This document shows positions 20,601-30,451 of a DNA stretch of 64,000 bases, one piece after another. Numbering within the stretch: the first letter of the stretch is position 1; the number at the start of each line of letters is the position of its first letter. The DNA comes from a virus: IMG/VR virus record IMGVR_UViG_3300025687_000022. One strand, 5' to 3'. Under the pieces are notes generated by a model. The model made no database searches. It had not been told where the DNA came from and saw nothing but the letters and a program-made list of their open reading frames with translations. The translations under genes were made by a program, and so were the position numbers.

Positions 20601-23600
20601 AGAGTTAGAAGAAATTAAAGCATCAAATATTCCATCAGTTGGAATAGACGATATTCCGCTTAATGTTCTCGTCAAAAAGTCAGAAGGAGCGTCAAGTACC
20701 CAAGCAGATTGAGTCACCAAAACGCCATACGAATTTGTTTGAACTGAAGAAGTATGTAAGTCTATTCTTTCTTGCTGTGTCGCTCGCCAGTATAGGTTGT
20801 CGTACCCAACTCTTGTTGAAGAAGCTGTGGTTAGTTCTAACTTTCTAGTCGGGAAAAGCGCTTCAGAATACATAACCCAATTTAAAGTATAAGCATTTGG
20901 GTTATTTTGTGGAAGTTGAAGCAACTGATCGAACAACAACGTTTTATTTTGAATCTTTCCAGCGAAGACTTTTTGATTTAAATCTTTATCGCTGAAATAT
21001 AGATTTTCATTATTATAAGTTGTTTTTAGTGTTATATTGCTTCCATTAGCATCCATGTTAATATAAACTGGTGCGTTACGGCTACTGAATGGCTTGGTTG
21101 AGTATCTAGAAATAGAAGCACCATCATAAATCGTTAAAGTATTTTCTCTGGCATGCTTTCTTAAAACAGGGTGGGAAGCAGGACCAGTATAAGGCGTGCG
21201 TCGATAACCAAAGTTGTATTTACGCTTTGAGAAAGTTAAGTTAACAAAGTCTGCATTGCCATTTAAGTCTGACAACAAGCCAGGAATTGTATCGATTAAA
21301 TCTGTATTATAATAATTTTGTGAAGGCGTGCCAGTGCCATAGCCCATAACATTGTTGCTTGCAGAATCAACTGGTTCAGCAATGTAAATGTTGAGATCTA
21401 ATGTTGGCTGGTAAAGTGAGGCTGTGCCTGACGCACCAAGAACATCTGAAGCAGATACAAACGGGAAATAAGCTTCATAACGTAAACCGCTGCTGCTACT
21501 GTATTGATAGTAGCCAGTTTGAGGTCCAGATGTTGGAGCATAGCCATAGTATCTAATGTCTCCGTTATGCGCCTGAGAGGCGAGCGAAGCAGTAATCCAA
21601 GCGTATTGTCTATCTGCTCTTGGAATCTGATGTTGAACAAAGAAATTATCAAACTGAGATGAAGAAATAAAAGCACCAGAAGAATCTTGTTTGATAACAC
21701 GCAAAGTATTGCGGTTCATTTTATTTAATGTTGGTGCTTGGGAATAAGACGCACCAGGGTTGGTGACTAAATCTGGGTGCCTACCGAATCTACCAGCATG
21801 AGTAGCAAGATTTTTGATTAAACCAAAGTCTTGACTATTAATGTCGGAAACTCTGATGCCTGTTGTACCTGCACCAACAGTTTCGGAAACAGTTCCAGAT
21901 ATATTTTGGAACGGTCTACGAACAGTTAAATTGCGGTAGTTGATAGCATTGTAAGCAGAATATTCATTTGCTCTTATGTCGCCATAGCCTTGACCGATTG
22001 ATTCAATACCACCAGGAGAAGAGAATCTACTGCGAATAATGCTTTTATTATTAGCGTTGCTGTGCAAATAGTTCACAGCATAATCAGGAACAAATTCAGT
22101 ATGAGACTCATCTGTTCTGCGAATATCAAGGATAGATCGAGCCTGCGAAGCCGAAGGTGTTTGAGTTATTTCAACTGGTAAAGTTGGAGGATTATCAACA
22201 AATGCTCTTGGATTGGCATATCCACCAACGCTACTAACAACTTCATAGTTTTTATAGTAGTTTCCAAGAATAGTGGAGCCTGTTGTTGTATTAATATTGC
22301 GAATATTAACAGGACGCTTTGCCGTAAAATCTCTGTAATAAACTGCTTTTTGAGAAGCTGTCATTGGGTAAGGAGTTTCACCAACTTCATTTGCTTCTGG
22401 ATATGGATAATCTGCACCAACCATACCAATCGCGCCAGTAAAATCAGCAGTTGAGCGGCAAGAAGGATCGTTTAGAGTGCCAAGTAATAATTTCCAAGCT
22501 TCTGGGCGATTAGTATAATCGTCAGAGCCTTGATTTATTTTAACGTGTCGGGACTGGTGACCACCAACTGCATAATCTGTGAACGGACCTTGCATTGGTC
22601 GTTCCATGTCAGAGCCGTAAACGTCGTTGTGCAAGTTAACAATCTCAACGTTTCCAGTAACTTTCTCGACAACTTGTTTGTTGTATCCAGTAGTAACATC
22701 AGATTTAACAACATTGAATGGGAATATTCTAGAAGACTTTAAGTTGTAATAACCAAGACCATCTTCCCATTGTCTACCATATTGAACTTTAAAGTTTCTT
22801 TTGATTTTGACACTTGGAGCAGATCCAGTTTCGCTGTTTTCTGGTAGCGCGCCAATGTCCTCTGCTTTTGCAAGAAGAACGTTTGTTGGAACAAAAACCC
22901 CACCATCTGTATTGACTGGTCCTGCTGGATAAAGAGCGGCGTAGGTTAAGCCAAGATCTTTATTGTTATTAAAGTTTGTTCCGCCCTTCACAACATGACG
23001 AGTTGCCATTGTTAGTTTGTAAGGCTTTGCGCGAGTTCGTAAAACATCAACAGAACCTTGATACTCAACCGCCCCATTTGTACTTAAAGTTGGAGCAGAT
23101 TGATCGTTTGCAATATCTATTGTTTCACGAATTGTTTCTCTTTGAGCATTTACGGTTGTATCGCCAGATGTTATTGTGGTATTAACATCGCGTTGTGCTC
23201 TTTCTTTCCACCAAAGAGTATTTTGATCTTGCGAACCACCGATAGGAGCATGATTAATTTTCCAGTTATAAAGTAACTTATTGATACCAAGAATAGGGAA
23301 CTTTGGTTCTGGAACAGTTTCTTTGATAATTGGTAGCGGAGTTTTATATTTGTTTCTTTCTAAAACGTGGCTTTCAATGATATTGTAAGCATCTTCAACA
23401 ACTGGCGAAGATGCCGGTAACAATTGTGCGACAACAGAAGCCAACGCATCGTCTATCCATTTATAATACTCAATAAACTTTTCAACGTTAGAAACAGTTG
23501 AGACTTTTCTAAAGAAGTTTTCTCTTAGTTTCTCAAGTTTCTTGTAGCGACCGCGATAACGCTGAACTGGCTCGCCAATAACATTATGAAAATCAACAAC

Positions 23601-26600
23601 ACCAGCAAAGAAATCAAGCATTTCTTGAGATACCGCAGAGTACATGCTTTTTTCAATCGTGTGGAAATACTTTGGTCTAACCTCGCTGACACCAAATAAA
23701 TTTTGTGAATCAGAAAGAACTTTGATCATATTAGAAGAAATAGCTGTTTCTGGCTCAAGAAGCCTCATTGCATTAACAAGGTTATTTTTGACAACATCAG
23801 TTGAAGATGTAGCAAAACCATATCCATAACCAGTATGCTGATAACCGCCAATCGCGCCGATCCATCCGTAGTTATCTCTTATTTCTGATGAACCAGAGCT
23901 ATTATCAGTTACATAATAAAAGTTACCGCTTGAATCTGAACCTGTTATGTTGGAGAATGTCCAATGTAGCGCTAGCGAGTTTGCGTTTTTTACATCTACT
24001 TGTTTTAAATTAGAATCAAGGGCAGATAAATTTTTATAAGACCCAGAGATGCCGCCGTTATTTAAATCAAATGCGTGATGTTGTAAGTCAGAATCTTCAA
24101 GATACTTTGTCCAGTATTTAACGTTTGAGATAAGAACATCAGATCTTGTATCTAATGCTCCAGTTATGTTAGTACGACGAGCGCCAGCGTAAATTCTTTT
24201 TGCGCTTTTTAAGAAATCTTGACCTGTTGTTTTAGAGAGCGAGCCAGTTAGCGTGAAAGTATTTTCAATAGTTCCATTGACTGAATTGATTCCGCTAAAT
24301 TCAAGATCGTAGGTGTATCCACTGGAGCCAGAAACCAAATCTGCATACGGATAGTTTGACGGTTTTAGACGAACAGCAAAAGACCAATCATCATTATCGT
24401 AAGTTCCGAGGAAGAAACTACTGGTTAACTCTGGGAATGGATTTGGAGAAATTGAGGAAGTTAACTTAAAATAAACTCCCTTTGACCATTGCTTGTCTCT
24501 AATCGCATAAACTTGGAAGTTTACAGGATCAGTAGACGCCCAAGTGGTATCAGATGCAGAAGCAGTATTCGCCAAAGCCATACCGAATAGTGACACATCA
24601 GTATAGTTTCTGTTGACTGTTTCGTCAATACGTTCAAATGCCGGGAAGGTTGTTTTTACTTCCAGCGTAAAGCCGTATCTTGCTTCTTTGTCGGTCGAGT
24701 AGGAACCAGAAATATAATCAAGAGATTCAGCGTTAGTTGGATCTGCTTTCTGATAAACAACACCAGCAAGATTATTGTTGTCGTTAAAATTAACTTGAGA
24801 GTTTGGCTCTAGATTAATTTGTAAATTAGATTCTAAATCATAAATCTCACGATCTGAATATGTTTTGAACTTAATAACTCTATCGTCAAAATTGAAACAT
24901 CTAAAAGCATTTCTGATTGCTTTTTCTGTTCCTTTCGCTTTGTAGATTCCCGCAAGACTGTTGTAAAGGTTAAGATAAATTAAATTTTTTGCATCGTTTA
25001 AATCAGATTCCATGAATTGATCATCAGAACGATTTAAAAACTTCTCCATAACCGTGGAATCTACAAAGATCTCTGGCATATAAAGACCAAGAGATTGAGG
25101 TAAATGTTGTGCAAATGGCACTGGCTTTGCAGATGCCGATGTGTGTTGTAGAAACTTTAACGATGGAATAGATTGAATTTGTAAAGTTAGTTTATCAAGA
25201 TAAGCACCAACAATATGCGAAACCATACGAAGATCTGATGTATCCTCTTCTGCTTCTTCGATAACCCAGGAAGGCATCATGTTTACAAACATGGAGTTAT
25301 TGTTTCTATCGTGGAAAGAACCTTTATTTAATAGATCAGTCTTCAAAGAAGCAACATCTGGGTGATCAGAATAAATTATTGGATCTAAATATTCGCTTGT
25401 TGCGTTTGTAGAAAGCACCATCGCGGAGCTTGTTGAGCGAGAATTGGAGCCATAGCCTGTCCATGTTCCGTTACCGATTCGCCCAGAATAGTCAAGGACA
25501 CTACTATCTGTTGTTGTATTCCCAACAATACCTTCGTTAAACTTATAATACAAGCCAAGAGTTGTGTTGCTAACATCTGTATTCGCGCCACCTCTAACTT
25601 GAGATTTCCAATATCTTGCAATATCTCTTGCAGATCGGGTAGCATTCCAAAATCTAAATTCGTCTAACGAACCACTTAATTTACCAGCGCCAGCAGATGC
25701 AGTTGAGCCAGACGGACTTGTGATTAGGGCACCGATGCGACCTTGCATGTTTTTTGAGTTTAGTTCGCTAAGCGCCCCAGCAGTCGTATTCTCGTCATTT
25801 AAAACCCCATCTACATAAAGCTTTGTGATCAAGTTTGTTCCAGAGTTATAGAACACAAAAGCATAGTGAGCGTAGCTCCCAAGAGATGCAGTTGTTAAAG
25901 AAGCACCAATTGATTGTTGGTAAATGCCAGATGTTCCAGCTTGCGCTGTAATAAGAAACGGACTACCACTAGAAGAGCCAGTTAGTTCAATTGTTAAGCG
26001 ACCGTAATCAGCGCTGGAAGATAAGTTATTGTTCCAGATGTCAAGAACAACTTCTTTTTCTGTCAAACTTGTTGAGAAAGCGTCTTTCTTTAGCCAGAAC
26101 TCAACAGTAACACCATTATCAAAATTAGATTTTAAATTTGATTCTCTCGTGCCTACACCATAATCAGAAGGCAATCCAGCAGTTGTGTATAAATCATCGT
26201 CGTAGATGTTTGAAAACTGGAACTTGCTGTTTTTGTCTGTTGGAAAAGCTTCTGATAGTTTGGTAAAACTAGTTTTGTTAGGTCCACCGTCAAAAGAAAT
26301 ATATTCTAACGTCGCTGGTAGACCATAACCATCAGCAGTAGAAGACAAAGAACCCCAACCATCAGCGGAAAAGTTAGCTAAACCGTTTGTTCTTGGGTAT
26401 AGGTTATTGAAAATGTATTTTTCAATATCTAGTAATTTGTTGTAGTATTCTGTTATTTCCGCATCAGATCCATCGTATGGATAATAATCATGAACTTGTT
26501 TGATTGCGGAATCATAATACAAGTAAGCAGAACCATAGCGAGAAAAGTTTTCTGGCTCAGAGTAATCAATCTGTGGAATAAACTCTTGTTGCTTTGTAGA

Positions 26601-26714
26601 TAAAGCACGAAGATTTCGATCTGATTCAACTGACTCAAAAGCTTCTTTTTGATCTGTTTTAGAAAGATAGTTTCTTGTCTTGTTTGACGAATCAAAAAGT
26701 TTTTTAATACTCAT
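17631..26714 (-). CDS. giant baseplate/tail protein with LamG (concanavalin-like) domains
   Basis: 3027 aa; TVEFWLK, HYAFVF, KLYVDG and SGSLDEFRFWN LamG signature; IYKAKGTEKAIR wedge-like motif. Confidence 0.75.
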   Translation of the reverse strand: MSIKKLFDSSNKTRNYLSKTDQKEAFESVESDRNLRALSTKQQEFIPQIDYSEPENFSRYGSAYLYYDSAIKQVHDYYPYDGSDAEITEYYNKLLDIEKYIFNNLYPRTNGLANFSADGWGSLSSTADGYGLPATLEYISFDGGPNKTSFTKLSEAFPTDKNSKFQFSNIYDDDLYTTAGLPSDYGVGTRESNLKSNFDNGVTVEFWLKKDAFSTSLTEKEVVLDIWNNNLSSSADYGRLTIELTGSSSGSPFLITAQAGTSGIYQQSIGASLTTASLGSYAHYAFVFYNSGTNLITKLYVDGVLNDENTTAGALSELNSKNMQGRIGALITSPSGSTASAGAGKLSGSLDEFRFWNATRSARDIARYWKSQVRGGANTDVSNTTLGLYYKFNEGIVGNTTTDSSVLDYSGRIGNGTWTGYGSNSRSTSSAMVLSTNATSEYLDPIIYSDHPDVASLKTDLLNKGSFHDRNNNSMFVNMMPSWVIEEAEEDTSDLRMVSHIVGAYLDKLTLQIQSIPSLKFLQHTSASAKPVPFAQHLPQSLGLYMPEIFVDSTVMEKFLNRSDDQFMESDLNDAKNLIYLNLYNSLAGIYKAKGTEKAIRNAFRCFNFDDRVIKFKTYSDREIYDLESNLQINLEPNSQVNFNDNNNLAGVVYQKADPTNAESLDYISGSYSTDKEARYGFTLEVKTTFPAFERIDETVNRNYTDVSLFGMALANTASASDTTWASTDPVNFQVYAIRDKQWSKGVYFKLTSSISPNPFPELTSSFFLGTYDNDDWSFAVRLKPSNYPYADLVSGSSGYTYDLEFSGINSVNGTIENTFTLTGSLSKTTGQDFLKSAKRIYAGARRTNITGALDTRSDVLISNVKYWTKYLEDSDLQHHAFDLNNGGISGSYKNLSALDSNLKQVDVKNANSLALHWTFSNITGSDSSGNFYYVTDNSSGSSEIRDNYGWIGAIGGYQHTGYGYGFATSSTDVVKNNLVNAMRLLEPETAISSNMIKVLSDSQNLFGVSEVRPKYFHTIEKSMYSAVSQEMLDFFAGVVDFHNVIGEPVQRYRGRYKKLEKLRENFFRKVSTVSNVEKFIEYYKWIDDALASVVAQLLPASSPVVEDAYNIIESHVLERNKYKTPLPIIKETVPEPKFPILGINKLLYNWKINHAPIGGSQDQNTLWWKERAQRDVNTTITSGDTTVNAQRETIRETIDIANDQSAPTLSTNGAVEYQGSVDVLRTRAKPYKLTMATRHVVKGGTNFNNNKDLGLTYAALYPAGPVNTDGGVFVPTNVLLAKAEDIGALPENSETGSAPSVKIKRNFKVQYGRQWEDGLGYYNLKSSRIFPFNVVKSDVTTGYNKQVVEKVTGNVEIVNLHNDVYGSDMERPMQGPFTDYAVGGHQSRHVKINQGSDDYTNRPEAWKLLLGTLNDPSCRSTADFTGAIGMVGADYPYPEANEVGETPYPMTASQKAVYYRDFTAKRPVNIRNINTTTGSTILGNYYKNYEVVSSVGGYANPRAFVDNPPTLPVEITQTPSASQARSILDIRRTDESHTEFVPDYAVNYLHSNANNKSIIRSRFSSPGGIESIGQGYGDIRANEYSAYNAINYRNLTVRRPFQNISGTVSETVGAGTTGIRVSDINSQDFGLIKNLATHAGRFGRHPDLVTNPGASYSQAPTLNKMNRNTLRVIKQDSSGAFISSSQFDNFFVQHQIPRADRQYAWITASLASQAHNGDIRYYGYAPTSGPQTGYYQYSSSSGLRYEAYFPFVSASDVLGASGTASLYQPTLDLNIYIAEPVDSASNNVMGYGTGTPSQNYYNTDLIDTIPGLLSDLNGNADFVNLTFSKRKYNFGYRRTPYTGPASHPVLRKHARENTLTIYDGASISRYSTKPFSSRNAPVYINMDANGSNITLKTTYNNENLYFSDKDLNQKVFAGKIQNKTLLFDQLLQLPQNNPNAYTLNWVMYSEALFPTRKLELTTASSTRVGYDNLYWRATQQERIDLHTSSVQTNSYGVLVTQSAWVLDAPSDFLTRTLSGISSIPTDGIFDALISSNSAGELQNEYLHAHYTTASLNTQTKIRNRAISALYSRKHLLGAPGSVVSPSGIPIPETGSIVKGSVSAQFNNYDRFAGEAFWDAPANAGIIQKSGSTNEFVSYPSEPWFDDYDSYKEELSLVSKGYAVVPEFRLSEHISDYRKFGLGRTKDTFEVVGTGIDSSQTNFYNDYSNAEFMEGFANISNKTGLAPKEIRLACSASIRLMPYKGFYPAQRSADLVEQFKNSYGKSIQAFNNSANIANGTDGGVRPLVQPLFAPGILYNTIKSGMAVDYPIGSTLTKLSKNHFGTVSSTDDTAQWMLTTITGSGPTDYQGGSVWQKRIPFEAIIRPEKHIAGLTFLDMEPHPSASLDATASFTVNEIDDLYTRMASNYFGEMANFFLKDSQYTRLQSDVVSNDLRFESGSIYGARLKLRRSVSGSRIYTSESGAAGNNSAYSTYGARFYDSGANTFVNRRTYPLPQDPRQLSADEFQESFTLYSRPSAFGPPIAGRPDLGEASGSYITASHPIDSLNGFNWSYTPPYYNGEAWLDIVFEPNAGESYDLEKILSEAKTKYWRCDPGPSASSVPSGPNITNWTGTQLIGTLSGNIAFSGSSATYGDLIYDGKNVNANAMQLSASIASFGVERIQKVRTDNFGNEVLSEDEYVGSRWVIQPKMETPMPNFNNKGVRPITDANSTFSVPTYASHSAPRGIWHQFGVVEPDETKGIFLEIGDIPSDWLRGHYDVIDNNSIYNKNDAAGNGNNMFQTMKPLTDVINFTEENVSVKLGQLAESKTIKEAIVAVPYQEESSGATKTFFEIDQARIEASLQSAIGSSEGDSLDYAGESIRRQVEAMQQYILPPQFDFLNNPDADPMVMYFFEFEYKFDKDDLNYIWQNLAPRNYKKITKTVSSTAHTLGDNELLTADDINNSNTRWMVFKVKQRSQAKYADLIPSQAGSSTPSSQTNAAKNETQKNKDDLSKDTYKLEYNWPYDYVSFVETIKISADVLYKEDDQG

Positions 26715-28221
26715 AGTCTTCTACTCTAAATTTAAATGTCTGTGGTTGTTCAATCCAAGATGATAATTCTGGATCATAGAAAGAGAACTTAAACGCATAA
26801 CCATACCCAGGCTCAAGAACTGACATATCAAAGTCGAAATAAGAACCTGAAATATCATAAGATAAAACAGTATGCGCGTCAGAACCAGTTCCGTATTCAA
26901 TAGCCTCATATGCGTCCAAAAGTCGATAAACTCTGTACGAAGCGCTTTGAATAATCGTGGAAGGAGGGTCTGTTCTTGACACAGTATAAATACTTGGACT
27001 CCAGTTTTTATTGCGAACATAAAGGTTGAAACGTGGAGCTTCTGAAGTATTGTATTTGCTCTTCAAGTTTGTGATATTTATGTAATAAGAAAGTTTTGTT
27101 GCTGTCTGGGAAGCATACTGAACTACTGGCTTGATTGTGCCTGTAAAATATTGTGTTGAGCCTGAATACCAAACATCAAATAAAGTTGTTATTGGTGTTG
27201 AAGCAGCAGTAATGCTGACAGAACAAGAGTAAATACCAGTCGAAACATACCCGCCAGTAGCAGGAGTGCTAACTGATTGATTCAAGGCGGAACCAGAAGG
27301 TCCGCTATTGTTAGCAGAACCAGAATAAAGATCAACGTAAATAGCACCCGTGCCAATATCTGGAATATTGCGTAGCCTACCGCGAACATAATTGTATAAA
27401 TATAATGTGTTTAAGTTGTCCTCTGCTGGTGCGAGAGAAGAACTGTAATAAAAGTTACCCCTATCATCACGAGTAGAAGAATCCCAACGAGCCTCAATAA
27501 TCGGTCTTTTAAAGAAATATTGAGAGCCGCGAGCAAAAAAACGTTTCGTATAATAAGATGTAGTAGCACCACCAGTATTATGAATAATACCACCATCGTC
27601 TAATCCTGTTGAACTTGAGTAATAAGCTTCTTGAGAAGAAGTTAAATGAACACCAACGCCATAGTTTTCTTGCGTTCCATCGATCCAGTTTTCAACTAGT
27701 GATGTAATATCAACTTCAAGATCTTCTAATCCAGTTTCAAAACTTTGAGAAAATAAATAACCTGAACCTGTTAGGTAATCTCCACCCACGTTAGTCCAAG
27801 CAGCAGTATTGGAAGCAGACATCCAATTGGAGCCCTCGTTTCCTTTGGTATCATCTTGGTAAGTTTCCAAATCTAATCCGACGCCTTCTTGCCAAGATTG
27901 AGAAACAGCCGAAACTAAAAGCGTAAAACTTTCTGGAACTGTTTTGGAGTGCTGCGCGTTATAAAGCTTAAGATAAAAAGACACAGAACCAGATGCCGGA
28001 ATCGTTCCTGCTGTCCTATCAGTTGAAATACTGGAAACAGGAAACTTAACTAAGATTCTAGAAAGTTCTTGCGAACCGCTTGCTTCCCTACCGTAAATTG
28101 AATAAACTTCCATTACGTCAGCATAGCCAGCGTTAGAGCCAGTAGCTCTTAACTTAAATCCTGGTTTAAAAGTATTTACTATCGTGTTATCGGCATCTGC
28201 TTTATATCTTTTAAAAGCCAT
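26704..28221 (-). CDS. virion protein with DNRLRE-like beta-sandwich domain
   Basis: SRILVKF, LKLYNA, SWQEG, GGDY and DITSLVENWIDGTQENYG pattern. Confidence 0.6.
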   Translation of the reverse strand: MAFKRYKADADNTIVNTFKPGFKLRATGSNAGYADVMEVYSIYGREASGSQELSRILVKFPVSSISTDRTAGTIPASGSVSFYLKLYNAQHSKTVPESFTLLVSAVSQSWQEGVGLDLETYQDDTKGNEGSNWMSASNTAAWTNVGGDYLTGSGYLFSQSFETGLEDLEVDITSLVENWIDGTQENYGVGVHLTSSQEAYYSSSTGLDDGGIIHNTGGATTSYYTKRFFARGSQYFFKRPIIEARWDSSTRDDRGNFYYSSSLAPAEDNLNTLYLYNYVRGRLRNIPDIGTGAIYVDLYSGSANNSGPSGSALNQSVSTPATGGYVSTGIYSCSVSITAASTPITTLFDVWYSGSTQYFTGTIKPVVQYASQTATKLSYYINITNLKSKYNTSEAPRFNLYVRNKNWSPSIYTVSRTDPPSTIIQSASYRVYRLLDAYEAIEYGTGSDAHTVLSYDISGSYFDFDMSVLEPGYGYAFKFSFYDPELSSWIEQPQTFKFRVEDYEY

Positions 28222-30017
28222 TATCTAACTTTTCCTTTGATATCAACTTCTGAAAATTTAATTTCTGCAACAGCATTCTTTGGAATTATTAGCTGTGTGC
28301 CGTCAGGCGATAGGTTTTTGTTGATGTTAAAATCGACATTTGAGTAATTTCCGCCTTTCTTATTAATTAGTTTAACAGAAGAAACATCAAGCACTCCTGA
28401 TACCTTATTTAGCTCATTATAAATATCAGCTATGTTAACAGGTTCTCCAATATAATACTGTGTTTTAAATTTATTTCTTAACTGTGTCACACAAGCTTCC
28501 AGTAAATCAAACTTATCAACATTAGCCTTTGGTTTAACAATAAAATCAATACCAAAGTTAATAATGTAAGTATCTAAAATGTCGATTGTATCTGAAAGCA
28601 TTCTATACTGGTTTAACCAAGTTTTTAAATTATTTTTAATTGTTATATTTGATGTCGTTAGTTTTCCAAAGCGGTCTTCCGAAATAACGTACATGTTTAA
28701 GTTTCTTTTTCTCGCACTTGGATCTCTTTGAACAGAGCAGCGTTTGATGGATCCAAACTTTGCTGGCATTCTATAAGCAAGATTCTCGTAGTCTGCTTGA
28801 GTTACCGCACGGTTCTGTGTTGGGAAAGTATCGTAAATTCTTCTTTTAATCTCTGATGTAGTTGCATTGGTGACATTACCAACGATTGGCTCTTCATTAC
28901 TAACTTCAATAGAGTTTCTAATTGTTGTTAAAACTGAAGAATCTAGGTTTTGTGGATTTGCAAACTCCAAGTTTGCAGAACTAACGGCATTCAAAGATCC
29001 AACAGCTATGTTTGAGTTAACGGGTTGAATGACTCTATAAGACACATTTAGCGTTGTATTGGTTGGCACTACACCAAAGCTATCATTTTCAGATAATCTT
29101 GAAGGATCGAACGTTGTACTTGATATATATTCTTTTCCAAACAAACTCATAGCAACATTTGATGGATCAGCAATAACATCAGTCTGCCCTTCTTTGCCGC
29201 TACCAAACTGTAAAATTGTTCTGTTGCGCAATCTTTCAACCACGAACTTGCGAGAAACAAGGAAAGGCTTAAGAATAGAAGGAACATTATCATTTCTGAA
29301 ATTATTGTTTGTTGCTTCTTTGAAAATCATGTCTTGAGACAAATAATCAACTTCATAGTATTCATTACCTTGCGAATCTCTTACAGAGATAATTTCTGCT
29401 ATGTTGTTATCGCCAATACTAACTGCTTTAAATCTCTCATACGCGCCGACTTCAACTTGTGTGCGACTAAAAAATCCAGAAACAACATTACCATAAGCTT
29501 TAATTGCATAATAAGTCGGAGCACCAGTTGTTGTATCCGTTCTCGCAACAACGATTGGGTTTTCTGGAGATCCAAAATCTACGTTCTCTGTGAGCACAAA
29601 GTTAATACCAGTATCTGAAGTAAAGCGCGAGCCTCGTTTTATTGTTGGAATGTAACTTGAATCTGGTCCGATACCTGTTGAGCTAGCTGGCACAAGCACA
29701 TAAATTGCCACCTTACCATATGTTGATGGTCTTCCAGTATATTTATAGCCAAGAGTGCGACCATGACGGATAACATTATCGTATTGGTAAGCGGTATCTA
29801 AAAATGCCTCGTTAACGTTATAATCAAGATAAAAAGACATCTGGTCACCGATGTAAGCAACAGCGTCCACCATCATCGCACCGAAAGAACCTTGACTGAA
29901 ATCTTGAAAGCTATCAGGATAAAGACGTTCTGCAATACCTAACAAGTCTCTTCTGATGCCTTCAAATTCTCTATTCGTATAATTGATAGGCACTATCTTT
30001 TTTTGTTCATCTGACAT
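28221..30017 (-). CDS. baseplate wedge subunit (T4 gp6-like)
   Basis: DQMSFYLD..VNEAFLDTA, RTLGYK, LQFGSG and QNRAVTQADYE motifs. Confidence 0.85.
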   Translation of the reverse strand: MSDEQKKIVPINYTNREFEGIRRDLLGIAERLYPDSFQDFSQGSFGAMMVDAVAYIGDQMSFYLDYNVNEAFLDTAYQYDNVIRHGRTLGYKYTGRPSTYGKVAIYVLVPASSTGIGPDSSYIPTIKRGSRFTSDTGINFVLTENVDFGSPENPIVVARTDTTTGAPTYYAIKAYGNVVSGFFSRTQVEVGAYERFKAVSIGDNNIAEIISVRDSQGNEYYEVDYLSQDMIFKEATNNNFRNDNVPSILKPFLVSRKFVVERLRNRTILQFGSGKEGQTDVIADPSNVAMSLFGKEYISSTTFDPSRLSENDSFGVVPTNTTLNVSYRVIQPVNSNIAVGSLNAVSSANLEFANPQNLDSSVLTTIRNSIEVSNEEPIVGNVTNATTSEIKRRIYDTFPTQNRAVTQADYENLAYRMPAKFGSIKRCSVQRDPSARKRNLNMYVISEDRFGKLTTSNITIKNNLKTWLNQYRMLSDTIDILDTYIINFGIDFIVKPKANVDKFDLLEACVTQLRNKFKTQYYIGEPVNIADIYNELNKVSGVLDVSSVKLINKKGGNYSNVDFNINKNLSPDGTQLIIPKNAVAEIKFSEVDIKGKVR

Positions 30018-30029
30018 TTAAAGTCCTCT

Positions 30030-30407
30030 CTATAAACCAGAAATCGTAAATTCTAAAATATTACGTATGTTCAAGCCAGTATAACTATAACTAATTCTAA
30101 TTCCAAGTTGACCTTGATCGATATTAACTGTATTAAAACCAATATCATTTATGGTCAAACCTCTCATGTAAACGGAAGCTTGTTCTCTTATTTTACTATC
30201 GATTCTTGCATAAACAGTTTGATCGAAGTTTTCAAATAAAAACTGTCTCATTCCCACGCCATAATTAGGATCCATTACTCTTTCACCTGGGTTTGTAAGA
30301 AGCAACATTTTTAAATTTTGTTTTATAAGTTGATTGAAGTTCTTAATGTTGGCAAAGCCATCAGCAGAATTTCTAATAAGTGGCAAACTAGGAGCTAATC
30401 CAGACAT
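30030..30407 (-). CDS. baseplate wedge/sheath initiator (gp25/GPW-like)
   Basis: QNLKMLLLTNPGERVMDPNYGVG motif. Confidence 0.9.
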   Translation of the reverse strand: MSGLAPSLPLIRNSADGFANIKNFNQLIKQNLKMLLLTNPGERVMDPNYGVGMRQFLFENFDQTVYARIDSKIREQASVYMRGLTINDIGFNTVNIDQGQLGIRISYSYTGLNIRNILEFTISGL

Positions 30408-30427
30408 ATAATGTTTCCCTCATCAAC

Positions 30428-30436
30428 TATAAATAC
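30428..30436 (-). promoter_or_regulatory. variant late-promoter motif GTATTTATA
   Basis: Intergenic, upstream of SD (GAGG) of the gp25-like gene that heads the baseplate operon. Confidence 0.5.
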
Positions 30437-30451
30437 AACCTCGTTTGCTTT

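Noticed and set aside
30428-30435. Plus-strand TATAAATA as a canonical T4 late promoter driving antisense transcription
   Set aside because: No plus-strand genes follow; the related motifs consistently precede minus-strand starts, so the minus-strand reading is preferred.
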